The notes under the pieces were generated by a model. That model was given only the letters and a program-made list of their open reading frames with translations, did not search any database and had not been told where the DNA came from. Source: Hormiphora californensis (Eukaryota > Animalia > Ctenophora). Taken from it: a DNA stretch of 64,000 bases. The stretch lies in the NCBI GenBank assembly GCA_020137815.1, contig CM035352.1, positions 7,316,001 to 7,380,000 of the forward strand. The letters run 5' to 3'. The translations under genes were made by a program, and so were the position numbers. Below, in pieces: positions 1-13,551 of the stretch (position 1 is its first letter; every line of letters begins with the position of its first letter).

Positions 1-1817
1 TGGAGATGGGGGTGGAGGGTATGGGGGGGGTGATGGTGTGTATTGTTGAGTTGTACCTGGTTTGTGTTGGCGTTCTGGTCTAGCATCTGTTGGTTAGCTT
101 GGTCATTCTGGTCCATACGTTCATCCGCTGGTTCATTGTTACCGGGTACTATTCCATTACCGGGTACTACTCCGTGTCCGGGTACAGCTCCATGTCCAGG
201 TACAGCTCCGTTTCCTGGTGTCATTCCGTTGACTCCAGCAACATTTCGGTTTCGGTTCTGTATGGGGGGAGGGGTTGTTAGTAGGGATTGTTATACTTCA
301 TCTTCAGAATTTGATAGTTAGAGGGGGGAGTGGTAATTTGTTTACCAGTCTTATATAAGTTAGGGGGTTGTTAGGGGGGGGGGGGTTGGTAGTGGGTTTG
401 TACTTTTATATTATTCTGAATTCGGTAGTTTTGAAGGAAGGGATTATGGGAGGAGGGGAGGTGTATTTCACTTGCCTGTCTTATATAGGGAGGTGGGGGC
501 CTAGCTGTTCCCTCTCGTCTTCTTACATTGAGTATTCTGAAACCAGGAACTGGTACGATCAAATCTTGTGCTAAATCTCCCATTACATAGAGTAGATGAT
601 GGCCCTTTATACTGAGTTGGACTGGAGGTCTGGTCAGAATTGCAGGTTCTAACCACCCGAGAATCCTGGACATTGTCTCCCTCGATTGTAAATGATTATA
701 TGTATCGACGTCCCGTAGCGAGTGGGTATGGAGATCATCCTCTTCACATACGTATTGAGCAGGTACACCTGGAATGTTATCTGCAGTCAACATCAGGGAT
801 CTGCCTCGGTAGTCCCGGTTCGTTAACAAGGGAATGTTTTGTTGCAGGAGGAAAGCCTCCAGATCCTTAAAATCCGCGTCTTCAAGCGTCAGCATCTCGG
901 TACTATAAATCCTAAGTTGGCGGCCTCTCGGGGCACGCATTATCTTCTGCTGTGGGGTCAGTCTCCTTGCCATGGTTGCTACATGAGAGAATATTGGTTA
1001 TTTGCTGCTGTCGATAGGGGTGTGAGGGTGGTGGGTTGGGTGTAGAGGGGGTGAGAAGGGAGGGGCGGCGTAATTACAAGTGGTATTTGGATAATAAGAG
1101 ACGAGGGAAAGGGGATACTGATATTACACTACTACAGTTGTGTTGGAATGGGGGCAGTAGAGAGCAATATTATTAACAATGTCAGATTTTGAGGGAGGGA
1201 GGCTAAGGGTGATGCGTTACAATTATACTATCAAGAGCTTAGGATATTGACAATTGAGACTTGAGATGATGGGGAGAGAGGTAAGACTGATGTCATCTAA
1301 TTAGCGGCAGTCGAGAATTGAGATATTATTATACTACAGCATTTAGGAGTTGTGAGGCTACAATATTGCTAACAACATTAGTGAAATGCGATAGTTGTAG
1401 AGGAATACTGTTGCTGCAGTGACTATAGTGATATGGTATAGAGGAACAACTGTACTACTGTCAACAGGCAATGAAAGAGGAGGTCAGGGAAGAGCGGCGT
1501 AACTGCTGGCTACGTTTGAGAAATGAGGTGATGAGAGAGAGAGAGAGAGATTGCGCGCGCGCTGTTCGTTGGTTAGTGGAGTTGTGTATCTGTTGTAGTC
1601 GGCGCAGCTGTCGGTACTCGCGCGTTACGTCTTTGGTTTGGGTCTGTATAGAGTGCGGGGTAAAGGTCAGTTGGAAAGAAGGAGAAGGGGGTTGTTGTAA
1701 GTGTGTAGATCGTGGTGTCGACGGCGAGCCGTTATCGTCGGTAATACCGAAGGTCGGATAGGTCCGAAGGTTGGAGGGTGAAGAAGATTGGTTGGCTCTC
1801 AGTCAAGACTGAGAGCC
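1..1817 (-). mobile_element. Probable 5' part (leader + ORF1/gag-like) of a retroelement running off the left edge
   Basis: Strong C/A skew on the minus strand, as in the sense strand of the LINE at 28-34 kb. 200-aa ORF at 371-973, followed by a broken minus frame with (G-x-VPG[HN])x4 and an N/Q-rich stretch. Boundary hairpin ggctctcagtc-aa-gactgagagcc at 1794-1817. No diagnostic domain seen. Confidence 0.35.
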
Positions 1818-3631
1818 TTAAGCCACTGCGCCGCGGCAAGGCTCTTCTTCGTGCAGTGGATGGCATAACATGCTCCTAAATCATGTGTACTTTTTTCGAT
1901 TCTGTAACCTTGAAGATCTGGTGGGCAATAAGAAATGTCTTGTCGATGATCTTCTTCTTTCTCTTTTCGGCCCTTCAAATTCGTATCAATATTCACCTTT
2001 GATAATTGGTGGGAGTAGTGGTTTCGGTAGCTGCCCTGGGAGGCTCATCCCACCAGTTTCACTAGTAATGGGTAAAAGTTGAGACGGTATAACGTCTTTA
2101 CAGCCAGCTTTCACAGGTAAATTAGCCGTTATAAGTCACAGATGCTTGAGGCCCTCTACAATTAAGACCATCAGCTCAATGTTAGTTCTTGAGAGCTCTG
2201 TTGAGGTAGCTGCATCTGTTGTGTCTGGGAGGATGTCAGAAACGCTGTAGTAACTTAGTGTTTCTGCTTCCTGTTCCTCCCCGGTTGAGGCAGGGTTCCC
2301 CTCTTCTTCTGTCTCCATCATGGCGCTGGTATAATCGGGTAGACAGGTTCACGACAGCGGTAAATAAAAAGGGGGAAAGAAATGGGAAACAATAAATCAA
2401 TATCAGTCACGGATGTTGTTGTGACGTAGGTAGACATATCCTCCGAACTGATACCGTTTCCCCTTGTACTCAGGACAGGTCCACCTCTTCCCTCCCAAAA
2501 TCGTGTGGCTACCCAGTGAGTGTCAAGCACACGAATATTGTCTGATGTGAGTGACACTTTAAATAGCCTAGAGTTCCAGTCATTAATTTCTTAGTTGAGC
2601 CATGGACCTAATTTGCGACTGTTCGTGTCCAGGCCAGTAAGAAATGTCAATCTTATCAGTTCCCAGTCTTTCGGCTCTCAAGTCACAACGGGTCGATAAT
2701 TTCTTTACTAGCGGTCTCCACTGACCCGTGCCATCATTTATCAAATGTTAATGGCTTTTTAAGTACAATTCTTCCACTTTGTAAAATGTATAAATTAGAT
2801 ATAATAATAAGCACAAAAGCACTGTTAGTGTCCTTGTGTCGTAGTAAGCAGGGTAAATTCCAACTTTTCCTTCCTACCAATGGAATTTTGGTTATTGTTT
2901 AATGTTTCAATCTTTCTCCTCAATAAATGCAAAGTGTTGCGACATCTATATTGTTCCTTTTGTTGTCAGCTCTCTCTCTTCCGCAGGACAAGTATTACTA
3001 TTAGTAAATGATCGAATATAAAATATTACCTGTAGGACAGCTGTAATCCAAGTGTTCTTCTACGTTAACTCCTTGATTTCACCGTGAAGAAGATTGAGGT
3101 CATCCTCACCAACATAGTCTTCTACTGCATCATCAACATTCCGGGCTGGATCTGTAGCCGTTGCCTTCGCACTGTTGGATCCGTCCTCTCATCAGTCCAC
3201 TTTACTAGTGGCATGAAGTCTCGGCCCATGTAACTTATTTCCTTCGTGTACATCGCTCTAAACGCCGGAGCCAATCTTGAACTTAGCAGGATAAATTCCG
3301 ACTTTTTCGTTAATCTTCCCTTCATATGTTACATGTGCCCTTCATATGTTACATGTGTGTTATGCCATATTCATTGTTCCTTCTGTTGTCAGTTCTTCCG
3401 CAGGACAAGTATATAATATAAAGAGATGTCCTCATATTCCAGGATAATCCAATTGTCAAAACAAACAGCTGCTATTGGTTCCTCGGTAAAGGAGATGTCC
3501 TCAAAAACAAGTTCACTCCTTAAACAGTGAACCCTGGGTGTATTGATTGATAGGTGACTTTTCCTGAACCGGTGACGTTTTCACCGTCTTTGGGGCCACT
3601 AGCCTCAACTTAGGCTGAAATTGATAATCAA

Positions 3632-4925
3632 ATAGGGCAATTTCATTATATGCCTTCTCCCTCTCTGAAATCTCGTATTTTGTGTTTCCTGTCGACTTAA
3701 GCGCTGGATACTTTACCATGTTTACTATCTTCAGTAAGTTATCTTTGTGGAAATTATTGTTATAAGGGGGAGTATGGGATCTAGCAGATTCGGACACAGC
3801 TGGACAGGCCCCAGGGGAGGGGGAGGAGGGGTAAAAAATGGCCAAAAATCATGGAAGTCCTTTTTGATGAATTGCATCTATTTACATTTAGGACGGCAGT
3901 TGGGGGTTAATAAGCTATGTTAAATATGTTTGGCTATTTAAAATATTTCCACTTTATAATATGTTTTTAAATGTACTGTTAGTATTTTGAGGTGGTTCCA
4001 ACTGATATTCAAGGATAATCCAATCATGCTGTAGTGCATAGCCAGTTCCTCGTGGTGTTATTATATTCTCGATTTCTTTCTCAATGGTCATTAATCTCGT
4101 GTGACCCGTTTCATCATTTATCATTTATGTTAATCATGGTCTGTCAGGGGTGTCGCCTCACGCTCAAATCTCACGCACACCAAATTTGGCCGGACGCACA
4201 AGGAAGCAAAGAATAGATTTAATACAGTTATCTCATCTCCATCCTCATCCCGATATAACAGCCGGATATTAGGACGGATGGAAAACTGCTGCCCATCAAA
4301 CCGGACCATGTCCTCATAAGGTGAGAGACAGTCGGAGATCTTCAACTTTCGAATCTCCTCTCGTTATACTAACTTGATAAAAATTCCTGCTTGAGAGAGG
4401 GATGGAAAGATTTAGGAATATGACTTAAAACTAAAAAAGTGGATATTTCAGCTGTGATGGTGAGCACCACGGCCTCGATCTCCATCCCACACCAAACAAG
4501 TCCTACGGCCGTCTCGAATGACCCCATGTAGTTTGCTGTCATAGCCTCCGCAAGAGAGAACAGAAAGTTTCGTATCACTCTCCTTATACGGTCTTCCAGG
4601 TCTTTGGGAATACTCTCCGGGTCAATGGCCCCGAATGTTGTCAGGTAGGATGTTGGTTTGCCGAGATACCTTGGCATTCTGTCAGTGCCCTTGAGGCCCT
4701 CGCCCAACAATTGCTTTGCCTCCATAACAAAAACTTGAACTTTGTTTTTTAGCCATTCAGAACACATTGTGAAAAACTTCAAGATGTTCAACATTAATTA
4801 ACTAATATGTAGCAGGTTAGCATCAGAGATACACAACCATAAGAGACCAAGTGTGAGAGTAAACCACCACACTTACTACTTAAAATATCGCCAAAAACAG
4901 AACTATTTTAACCGTGTCCTGTATC
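3632..4925. repeat. Segmental duplication copy A; copy B is 7000-7225 plus 14918-17912, interrupted by insertions
   Basis: Near-identical blocks: tagggcaatttcattatatgcc (3633/7001), tgaattgcatctatttacatttagg (3868/14918), ctccataacaaaaacttgaac (4720/16321), agatacacaaccataagagacc (4827/17818). Confidence 0.9.
4130..4794 (-). pseudogene. Frameshifted intronless gene (ORFs 4369-4794 and 4130-4345) with a PB1/OPCA-like motif
   Basis: Adjacent same-strand ORFs. IRLLYRDEDGDEITV resembles the acidic OPCA motif of PB1 domains. An internally deleted paralog lies at 16107-16395. Confidence 0.4.
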
Positions 4926-5521
4926 TGCTCAACGTTGTCCCATGTCAAGAGTCGCATCGTCCCCGAGAGTGCCGGGTATCCATCTGGCCCAGGCTTTCCC
5001 CGTTCAGGGAGAGCAGGAGCTCCCCCATCCCATGGTTCATACCCGGGCCAACGATCCGGATCGTGATCTTCCCCCGGTCGGTGGAAACCACCTCCCAGTC
5101 GGGAAGACCCGTCACCGTTTCAACCACGGCCCCCGAGGAGACGTCGTCCATTACTTCCAGCTCGACACCCTCCTCCACCTGCCTGCTCGATATAAAGCGC
5201 ATCGGAGGCGGTGGTTTTTCCCCCGAGGATGCTTGTCCTCCTCGTTGACCATTTTATCCTCCCAATTTTTTGGCCAAAACGGCATCGCACTGTTCAGGAG
5301 TGGTTACTTAGAAATAGCTTTCTGAAACTCAAATTAAGTGTTGAAAAAGTTATAGCCAGTGCTATCGATTGCTCACTGCTACCAGTGGTGTTTTCTCGAT
5401 AATTTCTTTACCAGTTCTTTACCAGTGGTCTTTATTCTCCTTTGTCCCGTGCCATCATTTATCAAATGTTTTGGCTTTTAATTACAATGTTTCCACTTTA
5501 TAAAATGTTAAAGTTAGATAA

Positions 5522-5662
5522 AATTATGCCAAAAACTAACAGAAATTAGTTGGCTGGAAAGGTGACCATTTTGTTGTCAAACTGACACCTTTGCCCTCTC
5601 CGGGTTTCATCATTATCTTTCCCTCTCTGATTTCTATCTCTATCTATGTCTCTCTTTCACTT

Positions 5663-5758
<96 letters not shown>

Positions 5759-5920
5759 CCTATCTCTCTCTCTCTCTTTCTCTCTTCTCAAACTCACTGA
5801 TTTACCCCCTGATTTACCCCATCGATGATATCCGTAACCCGGGCCGGGCAAAGGTGTCAGTTTGACAACAAAATGGTCACCTTTCCAGCCAACTAATTTC
5901 TGTTAGTTTTTGGCATAATT
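5522..5920. mobile_element. 75-bp perfect inverted repeat flanking a (CT)n microsatellite; MITE-like
   Basis: aattatgccaaaaactaac...tttgccc (5522-5596) is the exact reverse complement of 5846-5920. Confidence 0.6.
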
Positions 5921-6825
5921 GGGGTATATTTTTGGTATTTTCTGATGTGAAATACGATGTAAGACATGTCTGGACGTGTATAAATCGCTAAAGTACGAAA
6001 ATTTCGATTTTGACGTCATTATGACGTCATAGCGTGACGTCACGACGTTATAACGTCATGATAGGGATGTATTATTATCAGGCTCATCTAGATGAAGATG
6101 CTGACCAAGTTTGAGATCGATTGGACAAGATTTGAGGTCGCTCTGGCGAAAAACGCATTATCGTCATATCTATTTTCATACAGTCTTAACACTTCAGACG
6201 CGATTTAAGACCCTTAGAAATATAGTTTCACAAATTCGCTATATGGTTTTTGAAAGTATAGACGATTATCTTTCATAAGTGTGGTCTCCGTTTTTCGATC
6301 AGAAGCCGTCTTCAGGGTGTAAATTGAGCTCAAAGAAATTTGGTTGAATTGAAAAAACTCGTATCTTTATGACAGTTTGTTAAGACGTTCTGGTTGGACC
6401 TAGAACATGAAAACTATTCGTCTACACAATTTGAACGATTATCTTTCGAATGCAACAAACGAGAAGTGTCTATCTTATGTCGTTTTCTCTCAAAAATGAT
6501 TATAAATTTGGTAAAAACAGCGTCTATCCATAGATACATAGATACATAGATACATAGATAGACCCGGGACATTTATTGCTTTTTTCACGATGCCATATCT
6601 CTAAAACTAAAAGAGATAGAGACTTGCCCTTTTAAACTACAGTAGATCTAGACTATGTGACACTGTATACCAAATTTTAGACCGATCGGTGCAGTGGGTG
6701 CTACGCTATGGGCGTCGCAAAATGCCATTTTTGGCTAAAAACTGAAAAAAGTTATTACTGCACTCTGGCACGCGCGGCTGGGGGGAGGGGATGGTCACCT
6801 TTGCGCTTGCCAGCGCAGTGATAAT
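5921..6825 (-). mobile_element. Non-autonomous Helentron/HINE-like repeat
   Basis: Terminal hairpin tgcgct-tgcc-agcgca next to gtgataat (~6802-6825), internal (catagata)n microsatellite at 6528-6560, and a block (atctagatgaagatgctgaccaagtttgagatc) shared with the poly(G) element at 12495 and 46945. Confidence 0.4.
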
Positions 6826-9800
6826 AGTAAACAAAATATGATATGAACTGTATAAGTGTCCTTGTGCCAAACTCGTACTTAACAGGATAAAATTCCCGTT
6901 CTCCCGTTAATCTTCCCTTTCTATACCATTCAAAGGTCTCAGTATTGGCCTTTTGGTTTTTCCAGAAGGTTTTCAGATATTGTATTGGCCTCCCCACTGA
7001 TAGGGCAATTTCATTATATGCCTTCTCCCTCTCTGAAATCTCGTGTTTTGTGTTTCCTGTCGACTTAAGCGCTGGATACTTTACTATCTTCAGTAAAATA
7101 TCTTTGTGGAAATTATTGTTATAAGGGGGAGTAGGGGATCTAGCAGATTCGGACACAGCTGGACAGGCCCCAGGGGAGGGGAGGAGGGGTAAAAAATGGC
7201 CAAAAATCATAGACGTCCTTTTTGAGTGGCCCCTAAGTGGTAGCTCGCGAATTACCTTACTCACTGTAAATCAGCGAACCTGAATTGAATTGAATTGAAA
7301 TTGGCACAGTGGCCAAGTGCCTCTTTTATGGGCGATTATAATTAAGAAAATATCTCATGCAACATGCATGCACTATGCACACTGAATTACAAAATATATA
7401 TATTTGTTGGTCTCTCTCCTAAAAATCAGAATAATATGTTTGAATGGGATACTATATTAAATAAGGGGAGGCTTTGTGATGTGATCCTGTGTCAATTGCC
7501 TTAATCTTAATATTGGGTGACTGTTACGGGTGTCACATTGTTCAAAAGATTAGAGAAGATGTAGGGGTAAGATGGCCATGGTGGGCAGTGAAACCTTATC
7601 TATTTTTAGCAAGATTGGGGAGTATCATTACGACAGATATAGCGGGAAGTTAGTATCTCCCCATTCATTTATTTCTTTGTCTAGTACTGGAAGAGATTGT
7701 ATATTAAGGAGTAGTTTAGTTATTTCTTTTTTGAAAGGATCATAGAATTTATCACACAGGTTTTTGTGTGCTATACTTTTGTTTAAATATTGTTTCTTAG
7801 AGGCGAGTTGTGATATTAATTTGTATAGTTTAGGACCTACGTGCGATATCTGTAGTTGGAGCGAGAGAGCCTAAAAAAGCGATTTTCAAATATCTTAGTG
7901 TGGTCATGTCGTGTGACATGTGCTGCGGAGCCAGGTACTCGCTGTGGAAGAGATTCCTTATGTTCGGAGGCGCTACACCTAGTTCTTTTTGAAGAATACC
8001 TAGTATAGTCTTAGCGATTAGATTTGGGAGAGCTAATAGGTTGACCCTCAAACAGCGGTTTTGTATGTGAAGGGGCTTTGCCATTAGTTGGATTGTAGAA
8101 AAAGTTTACATGGGCAGAGCTGATAGCTCGTATTGCCTTTTTTTGAGCGGAGAACAAAGTCGATAATCGACTTTTTGGAACCGTTCCCCACACAGAAGAG
8201 CAGTACAAGAGATGGGATTCAATAAAACTAAAGTAAATATTTCTGAGAGCTTTTGTAGGAATTATTTCGCGTAGTTTGAAAAGAAATCCCCGCGTTACGG
8301 GATACTTTGGATGCTAGGGCTGTTAAATGGTGATTCCAGTTTAGCTTTTCATCCATGATGACCCCTAAGAACTTAGCATTTGTTGACTTATTTATAGGTG
8401 TACCGTTTAAAGATATAGATAGAGGTATGTTCTTTTGACTGTTATTATTTGTAAAGTAAAGGAGATTAGTCTTACCTACGTTAAGTTTCAGGCCATTTCT
8501 AGATACCCATTCGTAGATTTCCCTAAGTACAAGGTTGCACCTATATTCTAGCTCAGATGGGTTTTTGGCTTCTATCATCAAGTTTGAGTCATCGGCGAAA
8601 ATAAAGAACTTGGCTAGATTAGTGGCTAATGGGAGATCATTTATGTATAAGATAAACAGAGTTGGTCCAAGAATCGAACCTTGCGGTACACCGTGGACGG
8701 GTTTCTGGGTTTGAGAGTTATGGTTGTCTACGTGTACAAACTGTTGCCTATTACTTAGATAAGAGTTGAACCAGTCTAAATTGGAGCCACGCACTCCGTA
8801 ATGTTCTAGCTTATTAAGAAGTATTTTATGGTCTACCATGTCAAAAGCTTTGCTGAAATCTAATAGTAATAGAGCAGCCACTTGCTTTCGCTCCAGCGCA
8901 TTAATCAAATTATGTTGAGCATCTAAAAGGGCGTGTTCACAAGAGTGACCATACGAAACCTTATTGTGAGAAAATAATAATTATTGGCTTTCAAATGTTC
9001 GACAAGTCGCGATTGCATGGCTTTTTCGTAAAGCTTGCTGAAGATTGGCAGTAAAGATATGGCCTGTAGTTCTTAACATCTATTTTGGAACCTCCTTGTG
9101 CAGAGGTATGACTTTTGCAATCTTTAGTTTTCCCGGGACGATCCCTTGGCTAATGAACCGAGATTGCAAAAGCCAACAAACTAGATAATACTGGCCCCGC
9201 ACTTAAGTGGTTTCACCTTGTATCCGAGGTGGCCTTATCCTTTAGTGATTTTATGAGGCTATCAATTTCACCAGCTGTAACCAAGTTGGGGGCCATGTCT
9301 GAGTGACATCTAGTAGAGCTAGATAGTCTGGTACAATCTAAGTTGGTAGGAATGTCTTTCTTTAGATTACTGGCAATACTAGTAAAGTAGCTGTTGAACG
9401 CTTCAGCGACATCTTGCTTTTTATTGACAGTCCTACCGTTGTATTCTAGTTTTCCTATAGTTGTCTTGTTTTTGGGTTTCCTGTTCAGGAGACTATTGAT
9501 CATGGACCATTGTTTTTTACTATCTGTTATATGACGTTCAAAGAAGGAAGTATAGTATTTCCTTTTTGCGATCTTAGTATGTTTTTCTACAAATTTCTTA
9601 AGTTTATGGTATTTAACCTTATTTTCTACAGTGGGGTTTTTGATAAACTTCCGGTACAGCCGGTTTTTACGGGCACAAGCACACTGAAGCCATTCGAGAA
9701 GCCAAGGACTTGGGTTTCCCCGCCTCTTTTTCTTGGTGTGCTTTACTAGCGGGAAGTTTTTGTCAAAAATTTCCCTATATTTGTTTGATATGGCATTGAA

Positions 9801-11057
9801 AACGTCATTAGCATCAGATATTTCATATACGAAATCCCAGCTGGTGTTCTCAATTTCGTCACGAAAGTTTTCTAATGTGATTTTGTTAATTGTTCTAGTG
9901 GGTGGATACTGACTACTAGTACTATAGTAGTCACTACTATACATGAATCTAACATATGTCGCGAGATGGTCGGACAAGTCAAAGTCTAATATAATTCCGG
10001 TCTTAGTGATGGATGCGCAGTTATTTGTAAAAATATGGTCAATCAGAGTGGCAGAGTGGTCTGTGATGCGAGTAGGGCGTGAGATAAGTGGAGCAAAGCC
10101 TCCTGCTGTCAATTTGTCTACGAATCTTGTACAGTTATCAGATTTTCCGTAATTTAGCAGATCATATTACTATCCCCCCTCAAAAATCATTTTGTTCCTG
10201 TCTCTATTTAGTTTATCTAAAATCAATCGAGCTTATCCGAGAACTTGTGATATTCCGAATTAGGCGATCGTAATATTTTGCTTACTATATTCCTAACTTT
10301 TTGCTGCGCTATCTCAACGGAAGAGAACTCACCGTCTAGCGGACTAGTGTTTCGCTTAAATCATTTCTACTACAATCCTCTCCTACTGGCAAAACTCTGG
10401 TTAATATATATAGCAAGCCCACCACCTCTATTAGAATTTCGGGCAGGTTCTTGTAAAATAGGTTCATTGAAGCCTTCAAGAGTTAGTTCTTTACCCGCAA
10501 AAGGGAGGTTGGCTGGGTTGCAGTTAGTTTCATTAAAGCACAAAATATCAAATCTAGTGTAGAATTCAATGTTATCCCTAATACGCTCTATATTTTTTGG
10601 TAATGATCTTATATTTGCAGACAGAATTTGTGTCTGCTTGTCTAATTTCACTTTTAGACGCTCTATGGGGTTATTTACGGTCCGGTAGATGTGCTGGACC
10701 CTTCCAAGCATCTTTATCAGACAAATCTTTTGAGTATTCAGCAACATAGGTAGCCGAGTGATGGTTAGAGTACGGGTTAAAAGTATTTTCTAAGTTAGTG
10801 GCAATCTTACTGTTACCAGGATCATCTATATTTCCAGGAAAGATACTATTACAACATTTTTTGCATCCTAGAGAGTTGAGAGCAATTAATGTGTGCCAAT
10901 TTACACACAGCCAACAACACTGCATTTTGTTTCTATTTCCTAGTTTCGAGCAAACAGTACATGGTGAAAGTTTAATATTCTGCTGGGTGAGATTATCTGG
11001 GGGGGGGGGCCAACGAATTTTTTATATATTTCCTTATTTTGGAATTTTTTATATATA

Positions 11058-11159
11058 CAGTCGGACCCCCGATTTTACCCGTGATCCTCGGGGGAAATTT
11101 ATCCTCCCGGTAAATCGGGGTTCCGGTATATCGGGGCCCGGTAAATCGGGGTTCGACTG
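11058..11159. mobile_element. pogo/Tigger-type MITE
   Basis: TA-cagtcggacccccgatttt ... aaatcggggttcgactg-TA; absent from the empty host copy at 46.4 kb. Confidence 0.85.
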
Positions 11160-11502
11160 TATATAAAAATATATAAAAATATATAAAAATATATAAAAAT
11201 ATATAAAAATATATAAAGTTATATAAATAATATATAAAAATATATAAAAATATATAAAAATATATAAAATAAACCCTTTTTTCACCCCTTTTACTTTCAA
11301 AAAAGGGGATTATTTCCATCTATTGTTCACTTGAATATGTTTCATAGAGTTAATTTAAGTGTTTGAGAGGGTGATAGCTGTTTTACATAATTGAGAATGT
11401 GTTCAAAAGTGAATTATGCACTGTCAAAAGTAGAACTGGTGAAGAGAGGTTCCGGCCTAATAATATCTACCAGTTTTGGTGTGATTTCAATCATTTGTTG
11501 TA

Positions 11503-12332
11503 CAGTCGGACCCCGATTTAACGGCCCCCGATTTAGCGGCACCCCGATTTAACGGCAGGATAAATTTCCCCCAAAATTTTTTGAAATTTTTTTTTGAAAT
11601 TTTTTTTGAAAAACCACGTCCGAATCGTGTTTCGAATCGGTGCATCTTATTGCATGTCTTGCCGGTAATTAGACGGTTCAAAACGAACAGATATGTGATC
11701 CCCATGAGGCCCATCGAATCGCAATTTTGACGCTTGTTAAACTGGCCTCACGGGGATCACGTATCGGTTCGTTTCGAACCGTCTAATTAGCGACAGGACG
11801 TGCGATAAAATGCACTGATTCGAAACACGATTCGGACGTGGTTGATATACCTTTGAAAAATTTTCATCACTTTTTTTGCAAAATTTTACAGAATGATTGT
11901 CAATGCTTTGATCGGTGCTCCCCATGAATTTTCAGAGAAAAATATATTTTGAAATTCAAATTCTTCCTCACCCCGCTTAAAGTGCCCCGATTCGGCATGG
12001 TATCACGTATCGGTTCGTCTAATTAGCAGCAAGACATGCGATAAGATGCACTGATTCGATAAACGATTCGGACGTGGTTGATATAGTACCTTAGAAAATA
12101 TTTATAACTTATTTTGAAATTATTTTGAAATTACTTTCTTTTTCTAATCAGAAATGATCATGTAATCAATACATGGACATTGCATTTAACACTTAGAGGT
12201 GTTTTAGTACAGCATTTTGGACAAAAATAGGGTTTTATGGGCCAAATATGCTCTACCCCGATTTAACGGACACCCCGATTTAACGGACAAAACCCTTTCC
12301 CCCGAGGGTGCCGTTAAATCGGGGTCCGACTG
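11503..12332. mobile_element. pogo/Tigger-type MITE
   Basis: TA-cagtcggaccccgatttaacggc ... gccgttaaatcggggtccgactg-TA; the empty site ttgtatgttg is seen at ~46781. Confidence 0.9.
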
Positions 12333-12684
12333 TATGTTGATCCGTGCAGATGTACTAGAACTGGTGAAGAGAGGTTGGGATCGCGAAACTAAAAAAACAA
12401 ATCATTTTTGACGTCATTTTGACGTCATGACGTTATTGACGCGACGTCACGATGTTACAAACGTCACATTGATGACGGAAAATCATCAGGATTATCTAGA
12501 TGAAGATGCTGACCAAGTTTGAGATCAATTGAATGATATTTGATCCCGCTATGGCGAAAAACAGCTTTCTGTTTTCACACTTTCTTCATAATTTTTTATA
12601 TATTGTTATATATTTTTTATATATTTTTATATATTTTTATATATTCATATGTATTTTTATATATTTTTATATATTTTATATATA

Positions 12685-13551
12685 CAGTCGGACCCCGATT
12701 TAGTGGCATCCTCGGGGGAAAGAAATCCTGCCACTAAATCGGGGTGCCACTAAATCGAGGTGAGCCATATTTGGCCCATAAAAATCTATTTTATGCCCAA
12801 AATGCCATGCTAAGACTAAAGACACCTCTAACTGTTATATGCAATATTCATTTATTGATTACATGATCATTTCTGATAAGAAATAGAAAACTATCAAATA
12901 AATTTTTCAAAAAAATTGTGAAAAATTTTCTAAGTTATACCAGCCCGTCCGATGTGTTTCGAATCGGTGCAGCTTCCTGGATGTCCTGTCTAATTAGCGG
13001 GTTCGAAACGAACTGATACGTGATACCATGCCAAATCGGGGCACCCTAAGCGGGTGAGGAAGTATCAAAATTTCAAAATAACTTTTTCTCTCAAAATTTA
13101 TGGGGAGCACCGATCAAAGCATTGACAATCGTACAGTAAAATTTTGCAAAAAAAAGTTGTAAAATTTTTTAAAGGTATACCCGCCACATCCGAATCGTGT
13201 TTCGAATCGGTGCATCTTATCGCATGTCCTGCTGCTAATTAGACGGTTCGGAACGAATCGAAACGTGATCCCCATCAAATCGAAATTTTGACGCTTGGTG
13301 AACTTATGATTCAATGGCCCATGGGGATCACCTATCGGTTCGTTCCGAACCGTCTAATTAGCAGCAGGACATGCGATAAGATTCACTGATTCGAAACACG
13401 ATTCGGACGTGGCTGGTATTCCTTTGAAAAATTTTCAAAAAAATTTCAAAAAAATTTCACAAAAAAATCAAAAAAATTTTTGGGGGAAAAAAATCCTGCC
13501 ACTAAATCGGGGTGCCACTAAATCGGGGGCCACTAAATCGGGGTCCGACTG
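12685..13551. mobile_element. pogo/Tigger-type MITE, related to 11503-12332 and in opposite orientation
   Basis: TA-cagtcggaccccgatttagtggc ... gccactaaatcggggtccgactg-TA. Confidence 0.9.

Noticed and set aside
1794-1845. tRNA/SINE head on the minus strand (A-box-like cggcgcagtgg)
   Set aside because: No B-box, T-arm or acceptor-stem closure.
5591-5851. SL/ER-dipeptide ORFs here and at 17074, 36325, 37212, 59147 and 63046
   Set aside because: Translations of (CT)n/(GA)n microsatellites.
7122-7236. Small TAA-GGGG...CCCC-TAA Zator/Harbinger-like MITE
   Set aside because: The left end does not match the right TIR beyond the G-run; insufficient support.
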